A stretch of 64,000 nucleotides of DNA, from assembly GCF_009914755.1 (NCBI RefSeq), contig NC_060940.1; one strand, given 5' to 3'. Made by a program: the position numbers and the translations under genes. Below the pieces are notes generated by a model. It was not told the origin of the DNA. It did not search any database and saw only the letters and a program-made list of their open reading frames with translations. The stretch comes from the human T2T-CHM13v2.0 reference genome, Homo sapiens. The first letter of the stretch is position 1, and every line of letters starts with the position of its first letter. Shown here in pieces: positions 62,086-64,000 of this stretch.

Positions 62086-62091
62086 ATTAAA
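62086..62091 (+). terminator. SETD1A poly(A) signal ATTAAA
   Basis: Variant hexamer in a U-rich context, TGTA upstream, GT-rich downstream. Confidence 0.8.
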
Positions 62092-62553
62092 CTTTATTGT
62101 ACAAAAGTGTTTGGTCGGTGTATTTGGGCAGGAGCGAGGGGTTGGGGGTAGAGGGCACGGAGGGTTGTGCAAGTTGAAGAGAGGGAAAAGTGGGTACCTG
62201 AAGTGTGGGGCAGGTAAAGGGGCCTTCAGGCAAGAGCCCAGACCTGCAGAGACAGTCCGAGACTGTCTCGGACCCCCTGACAGGCTGCAGCAGCCGCACC
62301 CGCACCAGGAATACCCCACCAGTGCCCGCCAGGGTGGTGCCAAGGTCAGGCCTCCCCTTCCTACAATCACAGCTGCAGCTGGACCTCCGGCCTCCTGGGA
62401 AGCCCAGCAGGAGGGAAGGCCTGAGGTCACACTGTGGGATGAGGTCACCGCTGGCTCCACCCACAGCCCCAGACCCCTTCAGCCCACTCTGCAAGTTCGA
62501 GCTTCATCCCCACCAAGTTCTCCGCTGGACCCAGATGCCAGTGGAGCACAGAG

Positions 62554-62572
62554 CGGCCGCCAGGGGGCGCCT
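62554..62572 (+). promoter_or_regulatory. CTCF motif at HSD3B7 promoter
   Basis: CGGCCGCCAGGGGGCGCCT, near-consensus CTCF core. Confidence 0.75.
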
Positions 62573-62639
62573 TGGGGCAAGAGTGGTGGGGGTTGTGGCT
62601 GGGCGGGTCTCTGTTCCTGGAATGGGGCAGGAGGGAGAA

Positions 62640-62739
62640 GGAGGAGCCAGCGGAAGGACGGTGTGCGGGCCGGCCAGCCCTGGACGAAAGAAGAGGGCCC
62701 CTCCAGGCCAGTCTGGGCACCCTGGGATAGCGGCTGCAG
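62640..62739 (+). other. HSD3B7: HSD3B7 non-coding first exon (5' boundary uncertain)
   Basis: Donor CAG|GTAGGC at 62740 downstream of a CpG-rich patch. Confidence 0.55.
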
Positions 62740-63037
62740 GTAGGCAGAGGCGCTGCCAGTGCCCAGGTGGCCTTTCCCTCCATCCGGCCCTTCCCACCTT
62801 CCTATAACCTTCCCTCCACCTCCCTCAACTCCTGGCCTCCCCACCCTTTTACTGCCTTCAAATCTCTCTCCCTAAACCCTGACCCCTTCCTGCACCCCAA
62901 GCCCGCCCCTCTCTCCGTAACTCAGCCATCAGCAGGGGCAGACGGCAGGTGGCCTGGTTGCTGCAGCTCCCAGGATCAGCTCTGCCCTCCCGCCAAACGC
63001 CAGCCTCGTCACCGCTCCAGGGCACCTCCAGCAGTAA

Positions 63038-63974
<937 letters not shown>

Positions 63975-64000
63975 TGAGTGGCAGGCCCTCTTGTCCTCTA

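Overview
Human (primate) GC- and Alu-rich genomic DNA, recognisable as the 16p11.2 block FBXL19 - ORAI3 - SETD1A - HSD3B7, all four genes on the + strand. I reconstructed exons by hand from splice signals. FBXL19 has 11 coding exons, 2085 nt, 694 aa (CXXC-PHD-F-box-LRR). ORAI3 has 2 exons, 295 aa. SETD1A has 18 coding exons, 5124 nt, 1707 aa. The first three coding exons of HSD3B7 run off the window end. Most long ORFs in the track are Alu or GC-rich shadow ORFs. The most striking structure the genes do not explain: (1) positions 57-892 carry a strictly alternating array of seven ACTACA-n-TCCC (ZNF143/SBS-type) motifs and six fixed-spacing GCCATCTT-N4-GTAGT composites, with a ~300-nt higher-order period; (2) FBXL19 intron 5 looks like an internal promoter (3 SBS motifs, 4 identical GAGCATGCTCAG copies, orphan strong donors); (3) an RFX X-box cluster lies in the FBXL19 3' UTR just upstream of ORAI3; (4) SETD1A has a U12 AT-AC intron, an overlapping uORF, an in-frame retainable intron and a candidate recursive-splice exon; (5) FBXL19 exon 1 has a spliced uORF and an open non-AUG N-terminal extension. 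Regulatory interpretations are inference from motifs only, and repeat boundaries and subfamilies are approximate.
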